This document shows positions 14,001-27,400 of a DNA stretch of 64,000 nucleotides, one piece after another; position 1 is the first letter of the stretch, and the number at the start of each line of letters is the position of its first letter. Position numbers and translations under genes: made by a program. Source of the DNA: Octopus vulgaris (taxonomy: Eukaryota); contig OX597820.1 in assembly GCA_951406725.2 (NCBI GenBank), positions 3,100,001 through 3,164,000 of the forward strand, written 5' to 3'. The notes below the pieces were generated by a model, which saw only the letters and a program-made list of their open reading frames with translations, was not told where the DNA came from and searched no databases.

Positions 14001-16423
14001 TGACAGGAAATGCCAACAAACTTCACTGGAAAAATCCCAAACACAAACAATGACGTCACAGGGAAGTCAGTTCAGCATAACTTTATAAATATTCACTCCC
14101 TCTCACACACACACACACAAACATGCGTGTGCGCATACAGCAACCTCATGTGTACCATGTTGGAATGCAATGTAGAACAAGCATTTATTGTGGATTCTTT
14201 TCCCAAAGGAGTAACACTCACAGAAACATGAGAAAAGGGGGGGAGGAAGATTCAACAAAGCTGGAAGAGGTTTTTCGTTTTTGGATTTGGTTTGCAAGAT
14301 TCTTGAAGTCTTGCAGAAGAGGACATACACGACCATCCTCTTTATTAGAGGAGAGAAGATGGTGATCAAGCATCAGTGCATACTTCAAGTTACAATTATA
14401 TAAGGTAGACATCATCATCATCATCGTTTAACATCCGCTTTCCATGCTAGCATGGGTTGGACAGTTTGACCGGGGTCTGGGAAGCCAGAGGGCTGCACCA
14501 GGCTCCAGTCTGGTCTGGCAATGTTTCTACAGCTGGATGCCCTTTCTAACGCCAACCACTCCATGAGTGTAGTGGGTGCTTTTTACGTGCCACTGGCATA
14601 GGTGCCAGGGGAGGCTGACATATCTATAAAATGTCATATGGAGGTTATGGCAGTTTTAGCACATAGCAAGGGCATCACTCCCTTCAGCAGTGCCAAGTAG
14701 CATTGACTACCAGGGAATGCCCAAGTCATTGCACTCCACCCACTCTAAAACTCTTCCTCGCCATCATCCCTCTTCTGGCCAAACCACTCCCTCCATGCAG
14801 TAACTATCTCATTTTACTATTCACTGATCGTTTATCTTTCGCTCTCAGCGTTGACCTTTATCTCACATAGATCTGCCATATCCATGATGAAGCATTTTCT
14901 GCTTTTGTCTCCAGTTCACAAATCACTGTTCTGCTGTTCTTCCTAAACCAGTACCAACCAGGAGAGACATAATGGAACTAGCTTTAAATCCATGACCACC
15001 CATCACTACTGGAAGCACTATACACTGCAACCCTTATCCCTCATGGGATTCCTGAATCTTTCACATTTCTAGCCTTTCCCTTCGTGTGTCCACTCCATAT
15101 TGCTTTCAATTCAACAATCAGGACCATTCATTTTCTGAATCAGATCTGACCATGCCATAAGGTCACAGGGCCTCTTTATTATTGCAACATGGCTTGGGAC
15201 CATGAGCAATTCCTTCCAATCCAACTGCAATTTCCGGAAGCCTCCACATCAGATTGGCATGGTTTACATTCTCGTTGTTGCATTGTCCTTTTCTCACCCT
15301 CCTTCAGGTGCAACTCGGTGCAGACTCTCATTGCATCCACACCACTGTATTATTTTAGTCCATTAACAAGAATCATTAACAGCACTTGGTTATTCTACCA
15401 GACATAAGGAACGCTTAGTTATCAGAACAGTGTTACTCAAAACCTCACCACGTAATATTGGCTGAGAATGGAAACGTTTTAATACCCAATATTTAAGAAA
15501 AATTGCACTTGCATCGACCGTGTCCCATGCCATCTGTTTCCATTCGTTTAATAACTTTATTCATCTAATTGTACACTTCTCTTCATTCTCATCATTTAAT
15601 GCCCGTTTTGCATGCTTGCAAAGGTTGGACAATGTGATAAGATCCAACAAGCCCCAGAGCCACATCAAACTCCAATGAATTTCTTTGGTCACAATATTGT
15701 GCCTGCTTTTAAGGCGGCGAGCTGGCAGAGACGTTAGCATGCTGGGCAAAATGCTTAGCGGTATTTCGTCTGCCGCTACGTTCTGAGTTCAAATTCTGCC
15801 GAGGTTGACTTTGCCTTTCATTTTTTCAGGGTCGATTAAATAAGTACCAGTTACGCACTGGGGTCGATATAATCGACTTAATCCGTATGCCTGTCCTTGT
15901 TTGTCCTCTCTGTGTTTAGCCCCTTGTGGGTAGTAAAGAGATAGGTATTTCATCTGTCTTTACATTCTGAGTTCAAATTCCGCTGAGGTCAACTTTGCCT
16001 TTCATCTTTGATAAATTAAGTACCAGTTGCGTACTGGGTTGATCTAACTGACTGCCCCACCCCCAAAAATTTTGGGCCTTGTGCCTAGAGTAGAAAAGAA
16101 TATTTTTCTTGCTTTTGTTATCCTAGTGAGATATCCATTTCTTTTGTATCTAACCAATGCTTTTTGCACTACACCCATTACCTTTAATCCAAGGTGGACT
16201 GTGCCACCTCAACAGCTTTGCTCACCCTCCCTTTCCTTTCTGCCACAGGACTTTGTTACCTTAAACTCCACCGCCAAAGATACCAAAGACAGCCAAGGTT
16301 TGGCAGATGTGCTACACATCCCACTAAACCCAAACGCAAATCAATAGAGCCAATTTCTCTTGTAATTACTTGTTAGCACACTTTACCCTTCTTCATATTT
16401 CATACATGTGTTGTGGCCATTAA

Positions 16424-16644
16424 CCCTTTCATTACTCTATTTATTTTGAGATGCTCTGTGTTTCTTTCAATTAATTTTAAATATAACAAAGAATTTAGTA
16501 AAATAACTTAGTCATCATTAAGCTAGTGTTAGGAACATAAATTGTGACTAAGGTTTGGTGGAAGATTTTAATTCAAAACTTATGAAAACAAAATATTTGT
16601 ACTCAGAGCTAGAGGCAGTTTCAGCTGGGTCGGTAACGAAAGGG
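16424..16644. mobile_element. piggyBac-type MITE monomer, opposite orientation
   Basis: TTAA|CCCTTTC..GAAAGGG|TTAA, reverse complement of the units above. Confidence 0.9.
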
Positions 16645-17404
16645 TTAAAGCCTTGGCAACAGTTCCAAGTTGGTAATGACACACCTTAAATTTCTCTGAG
16701 GCTATCGTTAGCAGTCAGTCTGCTGAACTTGGCTCAGTGCCAAAATACTAGTTTTGATACCAATTCAAGAGACTGAGTTGAAAAAGCTAAAACTCTTCAT
16801 TCTCAACTTCCTGATCCCTGCAATCGACCCCTGACCAATTTCAAAACAAAATCCCTTACTCTGCTCCTGTATTATATATAGACACTGATTTTTTAGTTTG
16901 TTCGTTTTGCTGTTATTGCTCCATGCAACTAAGCTAACAGTCTTGGCTTACTCTCTTTTACTCTTTTACTTGTTTCAGTCATTTGACTGCGGCCATGCTG
17001 GAGCACCGCCTTTAGTCGAGCAAATCGACCCCGGGACTTATTCTTTGTAAGCCCAGTACTTATTCTATTGGTCTCTTTTGCCGAACCGCTAAGTAACAGG
17101 GACATAAACACACCAGCATCGGTTGTCAAGCAATGCTAGGGAGACAGACACACAAACACACATACACATACATATATATATATATACGACAGGCTTCTTT
17201 CAGTTTCCGTCTACCAAATCCACTCACAAGGCATTGGTCGGCCCGGGGCTATAACAGAAGACACTTGCCCAAGATGCCACGCAGTGGAACTGAACCCGGA
17301 ACCATGTGGTTGGTTAGCAAGCTACTTACCACACAGCCACTCCTGGTTTTTTTTTTTTTCTCCATTATGTCAGTAATCATCGTCAACAACAACAACCTCA
17401 ACTA

Positions 17405-18135
17405 ACGCAGCCAGTTGTTGGGGTCTGCCACCCTAGACACGTTTTTAGTTTAGTTGTTGCCACTGGTCTCCACTGGGCATCGTGAGTTCTCCGTGTTGGG
17501 ACCTGTCCAGTCAAACCAGGTTTTTTCTCTTTTGTCCTCCCTCAACTGTGCCTCAAAGAATGGTTTCGGACAGGCAGGTGTGGTGGGATGCATGACTGTA
17601 TCAGGCAAGCTTTCATCTTTTTGCCAATGCAAGGAACGGTTCCTCTCAGCCAGCATATTTGTTGACTTGTTGCCTGACAAAGCTGTTTGTTTTGTGCTCT
17701 GTGTAGCGGTCTTCTGAAGCACTTGGGCTCAAATGCCTGGATCCTTCATTCCATGTCAGCTGTAAGGGTCCAGCTCTCACACTTATACAGAAGGATCAAA
17801 GTCACCAAAAGGGCTTCTACACTCTGCGATTTGTTGGAAAACTAATGGAATTACTTTTCCAAACAGTGTTCAGCTTCATCCATGCGGTAGAGACTGAACT
17901 GTTATCTCGTTTCAACATCTGCCATCCTTAGTCAAAGTGAATCCTAAGTACTTCAAAGTGTCCACTTCATCAAGTCTCTCTCCGTTCAGTATGATGTTGG
18001 GTCCTGTGTTTTGGTTGTTACTGTTAACCAGGATCTCGTTCCTCTCCACGCTGGTCTCCATCTCCTATGCTCCCGATACTTTTCCCAGTCTGGTGATGGT
18101 AATATCATCCACAAAAAGAACATGTAGGAATGACA
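17405..18135 (-). mobile_element. Degenerate RTE LINE (RT to C-terminus)
   Basis: Frameshifted remnants FVDDI, LNGERLDEVDTLKYLG, LLYKCESWTL.ADM, RIQAFE.KCFRR. Confidence 0.8.
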
Positions 18136-18349
18136 GGAACCAGAGTCTTTTAGTGTTTATTGCTTCCAAGTAGCTTGCTGTACCTTTCAACTGCAAACTC
18201 TATGCTTATTACAAAGAGATAGTAACATAGCTAACAAGGGAGCAACCACTCCCTACAAAACCATTTTTCAAAATTGGTGCCTTTCCAATAATTTTTCGCT
18301 TTTAATTCTTCAGTTACCTATTATCAGTAGCTGTCAATTTTATACATAA

Positions 18350-18880
18350 CTAGCAGTATCGCCCGGCGTTGCTCGGGTTTGTAAGGGAAATAACTATATA
18401 AGCATTTTTAGAGAGTTATAGCAAAAAAATGCATTAAAAATGGAATAAAAAATGATGATAATTTTTTTTTAAATCGTTGACTCAGTGTCTTCAAGCCATG
18501 AAGTCGTTGTTCTAAAAGAACGCTGGTCTCCTTGACAACACTTTACGACGTTGATTTCCTTACACTCCCTTCCCCACAGCTTCACGAGGGAGGGAAGAAG
18601 GGGGAGAAGCAAACAGGTGCAGGTGTGACCGTGGACGCCAACTCCGCCGCCATCGACACACGAAAAATTATGCATTAAAATGGAATAAAAAATTATGTTA
18701 AATTATTTTTAAAATCGTAGACTCATCGTAGACGCGCGCTAATAGCCAGACGGGCTCGATATGAATCACGACTATAAGATACCCGAATTTGGTTAAACTG
18801 CACCGCAAAATGTGGGAGGAGTTAGGAATCTAAATCGAAGGGGACAGACACTCACACAACTACAGTTTTATATATATAGA
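18350..18880 (-). mobile_element. Non-autonomous Helitron
   Basis: The minus strand reads A|TCTATATATAT...cccgagcaacgccggg(hairpin)cgatactgCTAG|T. No TSD, CpG-rich. Confidence 0.88.
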
Positions 18881-18900
18881 TGACATCGTTACTGAAACAA

Positions 18901-19197
18901 TTATGTATAAAAATGTTAATTATGCCTTTTTGCATTTCTGGGATGAAATGTGCAACTTCTAATCTGGTTCCCTGAAATATTTTGTGCAAGAAAAGAGAAA
19001 TGAGTTAGAAACAGCCTCTGCAAATAGGAGCAGAGTAACAATAGACTCCATCAAAATGCCTCTTCTCAGTGGCTGCCAACTGGTTGTGAAATCCTGGGAG
19101 GTAAAATGCAAGACCATTGATCGAAGGGACCAGATTAGAAGTGGCACATTCCATCCCAGAAATGCAAAAAAGCATAATTAACATTTTTTAAACATAT
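18901..19197. repeat. Fold-back element/MITE with inverted arms of about 70 bp
   Basis: aaaatgttaattatgc..gcatttctgggatg..cttctaatctggt is mirrored at about 19125-19197. Confidence 0.8.
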
Positions 19198-19719
19198 TTA
19201 ACTTCAGCTGTAAAACAGTCTTCAGTTTGGTTTGGAATGAGATGCTTTTGGATAGTAATTCTGTTGTTGACCAAGTTCTTTCCTTCAAGACAAATTTCAT
19301 GGAACATGATGCGATAGTCTCTTCATTTTCAGTCCATTCTCCAAGAGGAAAAAGTTCTTTTATACCATGAGCCATGTTAATTCTATTTTTTGTTTATTTA
19401 AGTTTTTAAAAGTAAATTTAGAATTCACAAACAGCATTTCATTGTAATTAATGTTAGAAAAGTTGTATATCTCAAATTACTATGAAGAAAAACAGACACC
19501 AAACAAAATTGGAAGAGAAACAATATTTTGAAAAGAAAAAGCCAAAATAATGAAAAATATGTGGATTTTGGCAAAAAAAATAATAATAAATAAAAATAAA
19601 AGATTCAGTGAATTTTTAACTTGACATAATGGGACGAAGTTTTAGACTGGACAAATCACTACAAAATCAGACTGAACCCTAAGACCCCGGAATATCAGGT
19701 GAAGTTTTCACTTGGCAAA

Positions 19720-20385
19720 TCATCATCAATTAGCATCCATTGCCCATGCTGGCATGGGTTTGACCAGGGCTGAAAGGCTGCATCAGACTCCAGTCTGATT
19801 TGGCATGGTTTCTATGGCTGGATGCCCTTCCTAATGTCAACCACTCAGAGTGTAATGGGTATTTTTACGTGCCAATGGCCAGTATCTGCCATGACTGCGA
19901 TTTCACTCGGCTTGATGGGTCTTCTTCTCAAGCATGACATAATGCCAAAGGTCTTGGCCATTGCCTCCATGAGGCCCAACACTAGAAAGGAGCTTTTCAC
20001 ATGCCACTGGCATCGGCCACTTTGCCTACATGAGGCCCAATGCTTGAAAGGTGCTTTTTACGTACCGCCAGCACAGTGCTAGTTACCTGACAACAGTATC
20101 AGCCATTTCACTTGGCTTGACGGGTCTTCTCAAGCAGAGCACATCGCCAAAGGTCTTGGACACTAATCATTGTTTCTGTGAGGCTCAATGTTCAAAGATC
20201 ATGCTTCACCACCTTGTCCCATGTCTTCCTGGATCTACCTCTACAATCGATTCCTTCCACAGTTAGAGATCAGCACTTCTTTACACAGCTGTCCTCGTCC
20301 ATACACATCACATGACCATACCAGCAGAGTCATCTCTCTTGCACACCACATCCAATGCCTCTTAAATGTTCAATTTTACTTATGC
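19720..20385 (-). mobile_element. RTE LINE 3' end linking ORF2 to the abundant (GAT)n-tailed repeat (family C)
   Basis: ORF2 end (VQER*LCWYGHVM..CRGRSRKTWDKVV..LEKTRQAK*) runs directly into the gtgcc..ggcac modules and the ttaggaagggcatccagc..ccatgc.agcatgg..(GAT)n tail. Confidence 0.85.
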
Positions 20386-22248
20386 AAATGTTATCTCATG
20401 TCTTCTTTCTTTTTAAGGTTCTTCAATCTTATGATCATACTTGAAAGCTGAAACAGCTTCCTGGTTAGCAAAGGTGAAATAAACATCAGAGAGACTTCAA
20501 GATTCAGGGAATCAGAAATACCGCTGCAGGAGCCACTCCAAGGTATTGCAAGTTCTTCTGAATCCATCACAAAGAAAGAAACCCTTTCACATCATCAGCC
20601 GGCATCTCAGAGTCACAAGTGTTTCATTCCTTTGACTGAATGCTTTACCAAAGTGGGGCAGTGGGAACTGAATTCTTTGCCTGCAGATCTGCAGTCTTTT
20701 GTGAACCACATCCATTTGAGCTGGTTTTAGCAGAAATGCCTACCATCTCAAAAGTGGCTTTCTTCAATTGTTTGAGTTCCAGACAAATTTTGTACAAGAA
20801 ATAGCACCTCAACTGAGACAGAAAGCTGTGGCAGCTGACTTAAATAAGGAATGAGGCTGTGTGTCATTCCTGGACAAATGCCTCGTCCAACCATGGCCTG
20901 ATATTTGGTCTTCTTTAGCTGGCGTGAAATGCAGAGACAGTCCTTCCAAGGCTAAGTTTAACATTGGTGATTGTTTTTGCATTCCTGGTGAGCAGGAACA
21001 TGTTTGCTCAATGTGATGTTCCTCTGGAAAGATAAGACTGCTCTTCAGATTGGTTGGCACCTCAGAAGACTGAGAAATGCAAAAGAGAAAATAAATCCCC
21101 TAATGTTACTTTCCTCTTAAGAATCTGATACCCTTTGGTGATAGTGGCTGTTGCTTGTTAGCTATTACCCTTTGCAAGTCTATTAAGTGAGGACCTTGTT
21201 TTGCCTTCACTTGGATCAGCCTTCTCCCAGGCATCCAGTTGAAATGTAGCTTCTATATGATATAAAAGTTTGAAAATAAACCTTTGAATCAATGCAGGTG
21301 AGAAATTAAGCAAAGTACACAAGGTGATGTCAGTAAATATAAACAAATAGAAAAGATTTTGTATTAAATTACACAGATTGTTTACTGCTCATATATTTCG
21401 GGAAAGTTACTCCTTTTCAAATGGAAGAGAAAAAGTAATCAAAGAATTTGGAGAAATGTGTTGAATCTTTCATGATATAATATAAACGGTATAGAATCAA
21501 TGAACAATCTATGGAAGTTAATACAATGTCTTTTCACTTTCTTTTTATGTATTGAAATCTTACAGATTTGGCCCAATGGCTCGCCTGCACTGATCAAAAG
21601 TTTTTCCAAGCATTTATATTGGTTCTATAAATTGCAAAGCTTTGAGCATATTACACATTTAAAGATATGATAGGAGTAGGTGTAGCTGTGAGGTTAAGAC
21701 GTTTGCTCAACAACCAGGTTCAGTCCCACTGTGTGACACCTTGGGCAAGTGTCTTCTACTATAGCCCTGGGCTCATCACTGAACTCTTGTAAATGGATTT
21801 AGTAGCCGGAAACTGAAAGAAGCTTGTTATATATGTATAACCAGTGTGTGTTTGTGTCTGCGCATGTTAGTGCCCATGCCTTGACACCGCTTAACAGTTT
21901 CGAGTGTCGCCTTCATGCAGGTGGCATCCTTCATTTCTAATCTTCTGAAGCATGTCTGGTCATCATCATCATCATCTTCCATGCATGCATGGGTAGGACG
22001 GTTGACAGGAGCCAGCCAGGTAGAAAAACCACCCTAGGCTGCTGTGTCTGTTTCGGCAGGTTTTTTTTTACACAAACACCCTCGGCCGGATGTCCTCCCT
22101 AACACCAACCACCCTGCAGAGTGGACTCACACCTTTTTACGTGGTCATGGGGGAATATTACCTTATTACAGGGAAACAGGGTTGGTGACAGGAAAGGCAT
22201 CCAGTGGTAGGAAATATGCTTCAACAAATTTTGCGTGACCCGTATGAA

Positions 22249-23094
22249 CAGTGGGTGTAGCTAGGGTAAACTGCGCCCAGAGAAAGCCAAAAAATGCGCC
22301 ACCCCCTCTCCCCCGCCCCAATTACAAAAATCCACGATATTATATAGTACTTGTTACATTCAATATTTTAAAGCAATGTGGAGGCCCAGTGGTTAGGGCA
22401 GCGGACTCACGGTCGTAGGATCGTGGTTTCGATTCCCAGACCGGGCGTTGTGAGTGTTTATTGAGCGAAAACACCTAAAGCTCCACGAGGCTCCGGCAGG
22501 GATGGTGGTGATCCCTGCTGTACTCTTTCACCACAACTTTCTCTCACTCTTACTTCCTGTTTCTGTTGTACCTGTATTACAAAGGGCCGGCCTTGTCACT
22601 CTCTGTGTCACACTGAATATCCCCGAGAACTACGTTAAGGGTACACGTGTCTGTGGAGTGCTCAGCCACTTACACGTTAATTTCACGAGCAGGCTGTTCC
22701 GTTGATCGGATCAACTGGAACCCTCGTCATCGTAACCGACGGAGTGCTTCCATCCATTTTAAAGCAATATTTTAGGAATAACTACTTCACCAGGGTTCGT
22801 ATTACGTGCCGGTTCGGTACAGCCTGTAATTCGAAATATATTTTTTGAATGTTTACTTAAACGAAGCCTCTTTTGACGCCATTCGTACAAAATGTCCAGA
22901 CATGAATGTGGAAAGCCATCGTGTTACGTTTACCTTCAATAACAGCATAAAACGAGATGCTGGAGATACATCTTTGCAATTGCTATTTTATCAACGGAGT
23001 TCAAGCTTATCGCTTTATGGTCAATTCTGCGCCCCTCCCCCTTCAATCATGCTCGGGGTACGTTCTCCCCACCTTGCCCCTAGTTACGCTACTG
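22249..23094. mobile_element. hAT-type MITE hosting the family D SINE
   Basis: TIRs CAGTGGGTGTAGCTAGGG / CCCCTAGTTACGCTACTG. It interrupts a family C-like tail. Confidence 0.7.
22378..22755 (+). mobile_element. tRNA-derived SINE family D, young copy
   Basis: tRNA head ggcccagtggttagggcagcggact..ggtttcgattccc and a perfect 13-bp TSD attttaaagcaat (22365-77, 22756-68). Confidence 0.9.
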
Positions 23095-24499
23095 CATAGG
23101 AGTATGGAGAAGTGGGCACAAAAACCACAATGATGAAGATAGACACACACGTCTTTAAAAATAAGGAAGAACACACACACACAACTTGCATGATTTGCTA
23201 GCACGAGCTCACATTGGTTCGCCATGTTCAATTTTCTGAGTTAACATTTTGGTTCCCAACATGTCCCACCGGTGGGTCGTGGTGACATGTAAGCAAGTCC
23301 TGCCCGACCTACCAGCAGGTTGTTTCTATGGGCTTTCTGAGAGCTGGTATGTTCTGATAGCTTTGATTTGTGCTTTTGCTACACTAAAAGGACAATTTTT
23401 TTTTATAGATCTTTCATATTTCTTCTGATTTCACCTTGTAATGAGGTAAAACAAAAGATTGAGTATTGAGAACATTTTATTTTGAAAAAAATTGGCAGAT
23501 TTTCCAATAGAGACGGAAGGGAATAAAAAATATTTCACTTGCCATGGAAAGCAAAATAGTTCTTCCTGAAAAGATTTTGAGACCTTCCAAAAGAAAATGC
23601 CCCAAATCCTTAATTGACTAAGGGTAGGTCGTGTTGTATCTAACACTATGTGATCCTTGCATCACATATGATATAGTGTAAAAATAGTATGCCGCCCATG
23701 GCAAAATCAATTAAAATATCGTATTGGGACCCTGGGATAAAACGCAAAATGAGGCTCGGGAGCCAATGTGTTAAACCCTGCTTACAACGTTCTCTTTATT
23801 GAGGATCAGGATGGGTTTGTTGGCCCATGTGAGTCGACCTCATGCCACATGAGGAGGTATCTCATGGAGATAGGAACTGACTGGGATTCAGCTCAACGGG
23901 TTGCCCAGGCCCACCTGGGAATATACCAACAAATGTGAATGCTGCAACGACACATGACCCCACACTTGACGTATACTAGCAAACACCACCAAAAACATTA
24001 GGAAATGTTTCAAGGACTACGATTAATGTTCATAAATGAACTTGGCAAGATTTCTGCCCTTTTCTGAACTTCAGCATCTTTCTCTTTTATTTGATTCAGT
24101 TATTAGAGTGCGACCATGCTGGAGTGCCGCCTTGAAGGGTTGTCGGTTTCCATTAACGAACCTCTAAGTTACGGGAAAGTAAACATATCCAAACAAGTTG
24201 TCACGAGGGAGCGGGGTACACACACACACACAAAAAAAAAGGGGGGCTCTTTTACCCTTTTAGTTTCCATCAGACAAATCCTCTCGGCTCGGGGCTATAG
24301 TCGGAGACACTTGCCCAAGGTGCCACACAGTGGAACTGAACCCAAGACCAGATGGTTGGGAAGCAAGCTCTTTTAACCACACAGCCACACCAGCGCCAGA
24401 GGTTTTGTTTATTTTATATTTTTTTTATATCATTGTCTATTGGCAACAATAATTAATAAAAATAATAAGGATAAGTGCCTCAAAACGGGTTACAGAAGA

Positions 24500-27400
24500 G
24501 AATGTAGGGAAAGAGAGAGAGAGAGAGGGAGGAGTAAGCACGAGTGCGCGGAAAGTCAATTAAGTAATCTAAAAATAGATTCCAGTCATTCAAAATTGTT
24601 CGTTCGCAAATGTGTTACCCACGGATAAAAATAGATTCCCCCCCTACACTGTATTTTGTCTTTAATTTTCCACCGTTTTACATCTATCCGGATATGTAAT
24701 CTAATATATAGTTCTGATTGAACAGCGATATAACATGATATTTTATAATACTTGTTGATAAGGGTTAGACTTTTTACATTTCTATGCTGAAGAAGCCTGA
24801 AAGTCCTTTTGAAATACAATGGATAAGATCTTATCCATTTACGAGCATGTCTCTATATGGTATAACATGTTAAAAATAGCAAGCACATCTCTCAGATTAC
24901 ACCCTTTTATATTTACTATTTTTATCATATAAGAAAAAAAGGGGGGGGGGACGTTAATATCAAAGCATGAAGCCAAGTAAAGATTGTTTATCAGTTCAAT
25001 TAGGATTGTTTTCCAATTAGAGAAATAGACCCCCAACAAAGTCCAATTACGCTACTCCTAAAAGTATGAGCTTAACCAAACTCGGGAATCTCGCAGTATG
25101 AATTTTTGCTGACGCACCCACCACCTCTTCTTGCACTGGTTCCCACCGGCAATCTTTCATACTCCAGCTGCGAAGATTCCTTTTGAGGACTTACAGACAA
25201 GACTTCTTGTTACATCACTTATAGAAAAACAGAAAAACAAATTCAAAAGACTCGTCGACAGTCCTTACATAGACATCGTCTCTGACGTTCTTCCGACTTC
25301 TCTATTTTTTTTTTTTTTGTAGCCGGAATATCAAGGATCGCCTTTCCTCTGATATCTTTTTTTTCTTTTACATATTGGTTGGCTAAATTCGAGCTATCTT
25401 AATAAAATATCGGAAAAATATCCTTAAAAAAAAAAAACCGAGTCCTACCTACAATCAAAAGAAAAAAAACTATATACTAGAAAATGTAATTTCCAATATG
25501 TATAAAGATAGGATGGTCACGGTTGGGACGCCTATGTTAATGGGCGCTCCAGTGGTGACTACTGGATCATAAGTGACTTAGAACTAAACAGAGCAAAAAC
25601 GAAGAATGTTAATCGCATTTTATAAACATTGCAGACAACTATTAATTTGGATAAGAGTCAATGAACTTAGAAAGCAGGGTTGGATTTCTCCGGATTGCAT
25701 TTAAACTTTTCCTACTTTACTACAATCCATTAATTTTTATGCATGGGAGAAAGGAAAAAGGAAAATTAGCGACGACAAGAGGACACTAGCAGCATTTCAT
25801 GGTACAGATGGCTGGCAAGAAACTTTCACTTGAAGCTACGTGCCTTTCTGGCCGTTCCTTTGCTATCTCAAGTTCTTAAACAGTTCCAGATGGTGGTTGA
25901 AAGCCTACAACAAATATGGTATGGTAGTTAAGACTAAAAATACATCGACTACAGCGAAGATAAACACCCCGAAACCTATATCAAGCCTCGCTCATCAGTA
26001 ACTTTAACAAAAGATTTATCGTCAATTCACTTAAAGCGACCTGTCGGCCTTTAAAATGCAACAGGTCACACGGGAGACTTAATTAAGTCAGCCATATTTC
26101 AGCTAGTAATTACTGAATGCGAAACTAAAAAAATAAAATAAAGATTAGCTGACAATCAAAAAAGTGACCCGAATGCAACTATGAAAAATATTAAATCCCT
26201 GGCGATTAATACATTATATTAATTTCTGAATATTTAATTTCGCAGTCGCCTTGTATTTCTGCATGAAATACACTAAACGACTTTCATTGAATAACTACAG
26301 CTTTAGCCCCACCCCCTCCCGTTACACAACCGAGTTAATTAGAAAGAAAAAAGAAATTCCATGTCTTTATTGGGATCAGGTGTCTATTAGAAAGTTTCTC
26401 GTGACGAGGAAGCATTCAAGTAATACTTTAAATAGATTCATATCCAATCTACAAGTTATCTATAAAAACTGATGAAGTTTTGGGATTTCATTTTTAATTT
26501 TCTCTTTTCAAAAATATTTAAAACTTTCTAAGCAATTACAACCTGTGAACATGTTTAATTACTCGATAAAATTAAATTGTTTTTAGCTGTCATTTACATG
26601 GTTCTTTGAAAAACAAATTAATATTCACGGGATGGGCTATTTTAGGAAATGGACTGAGCAGTAATCATTAAATTTCAGCTGCTTAATTAGTCGCTAATTG
26701 CTGACCGAATCGTATTTCTACCACAGAGACAAATACGAATTTTTTCTATCATCGACACAGTTTTTCGACAATTTCTTTATGTTTAAATAAAGAAAAATGT
26801 CATAAAAGAAAATTGAAGTAGCCTTAAGAGTATAAAAGGTAGAAATTAAAGCAAATATAAATAAAAGTTGTCAAACATGTCAACGTTGAACTTAATGCTG
26901 ACTAACGAAAAAATTGTTTCTTTTTATTTCAGGAATTATTTGTGGGAGAGAAAACGAAATTATCGGCTTTAAATTTAACTCTATTTATTTTGCTAAGTTT
27001 ATATATAACACTTTAGAAGTGGAAAATGTCCATGTATTGAAGTAGTTTCTTATTTTCGCACAAGATTATATAAATAAGAACCAGCCAGGCTGTCGTCAAC
27101 CGTGATTAGGGTAAAAATAAGAAATTAAAGTTTTCAAAGTTTAACGAATTAGGAAAGAGATAAAGACACGAAACGCCAAAGAAAGTTTCTATAGATTTCT
27201 TTAATACTTACAATGAAATTCTGTCGATGTTGTCCGAGCTTTAAAACTGGTGACCAAATAACGAAGACATTGATAGAGATGAGTGTAAGTAAAAATCTCG
27301 GCGAATTTCTTCTTCTTCTTCTAGTTGGGAATGAATAGCAATGAGCAGCCGGGGTTCATTGTTGTATAAACAAATGAATGGAGTTTGTACCCGCGTAAAA

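Noticed and set aside
22378-22450. Possible tRNA genes (also 55691, 45439, 62870-62932)
   Set aside because: tRNA-like heads continue into SINE bodies, with no proper acceptor stem or terminator.
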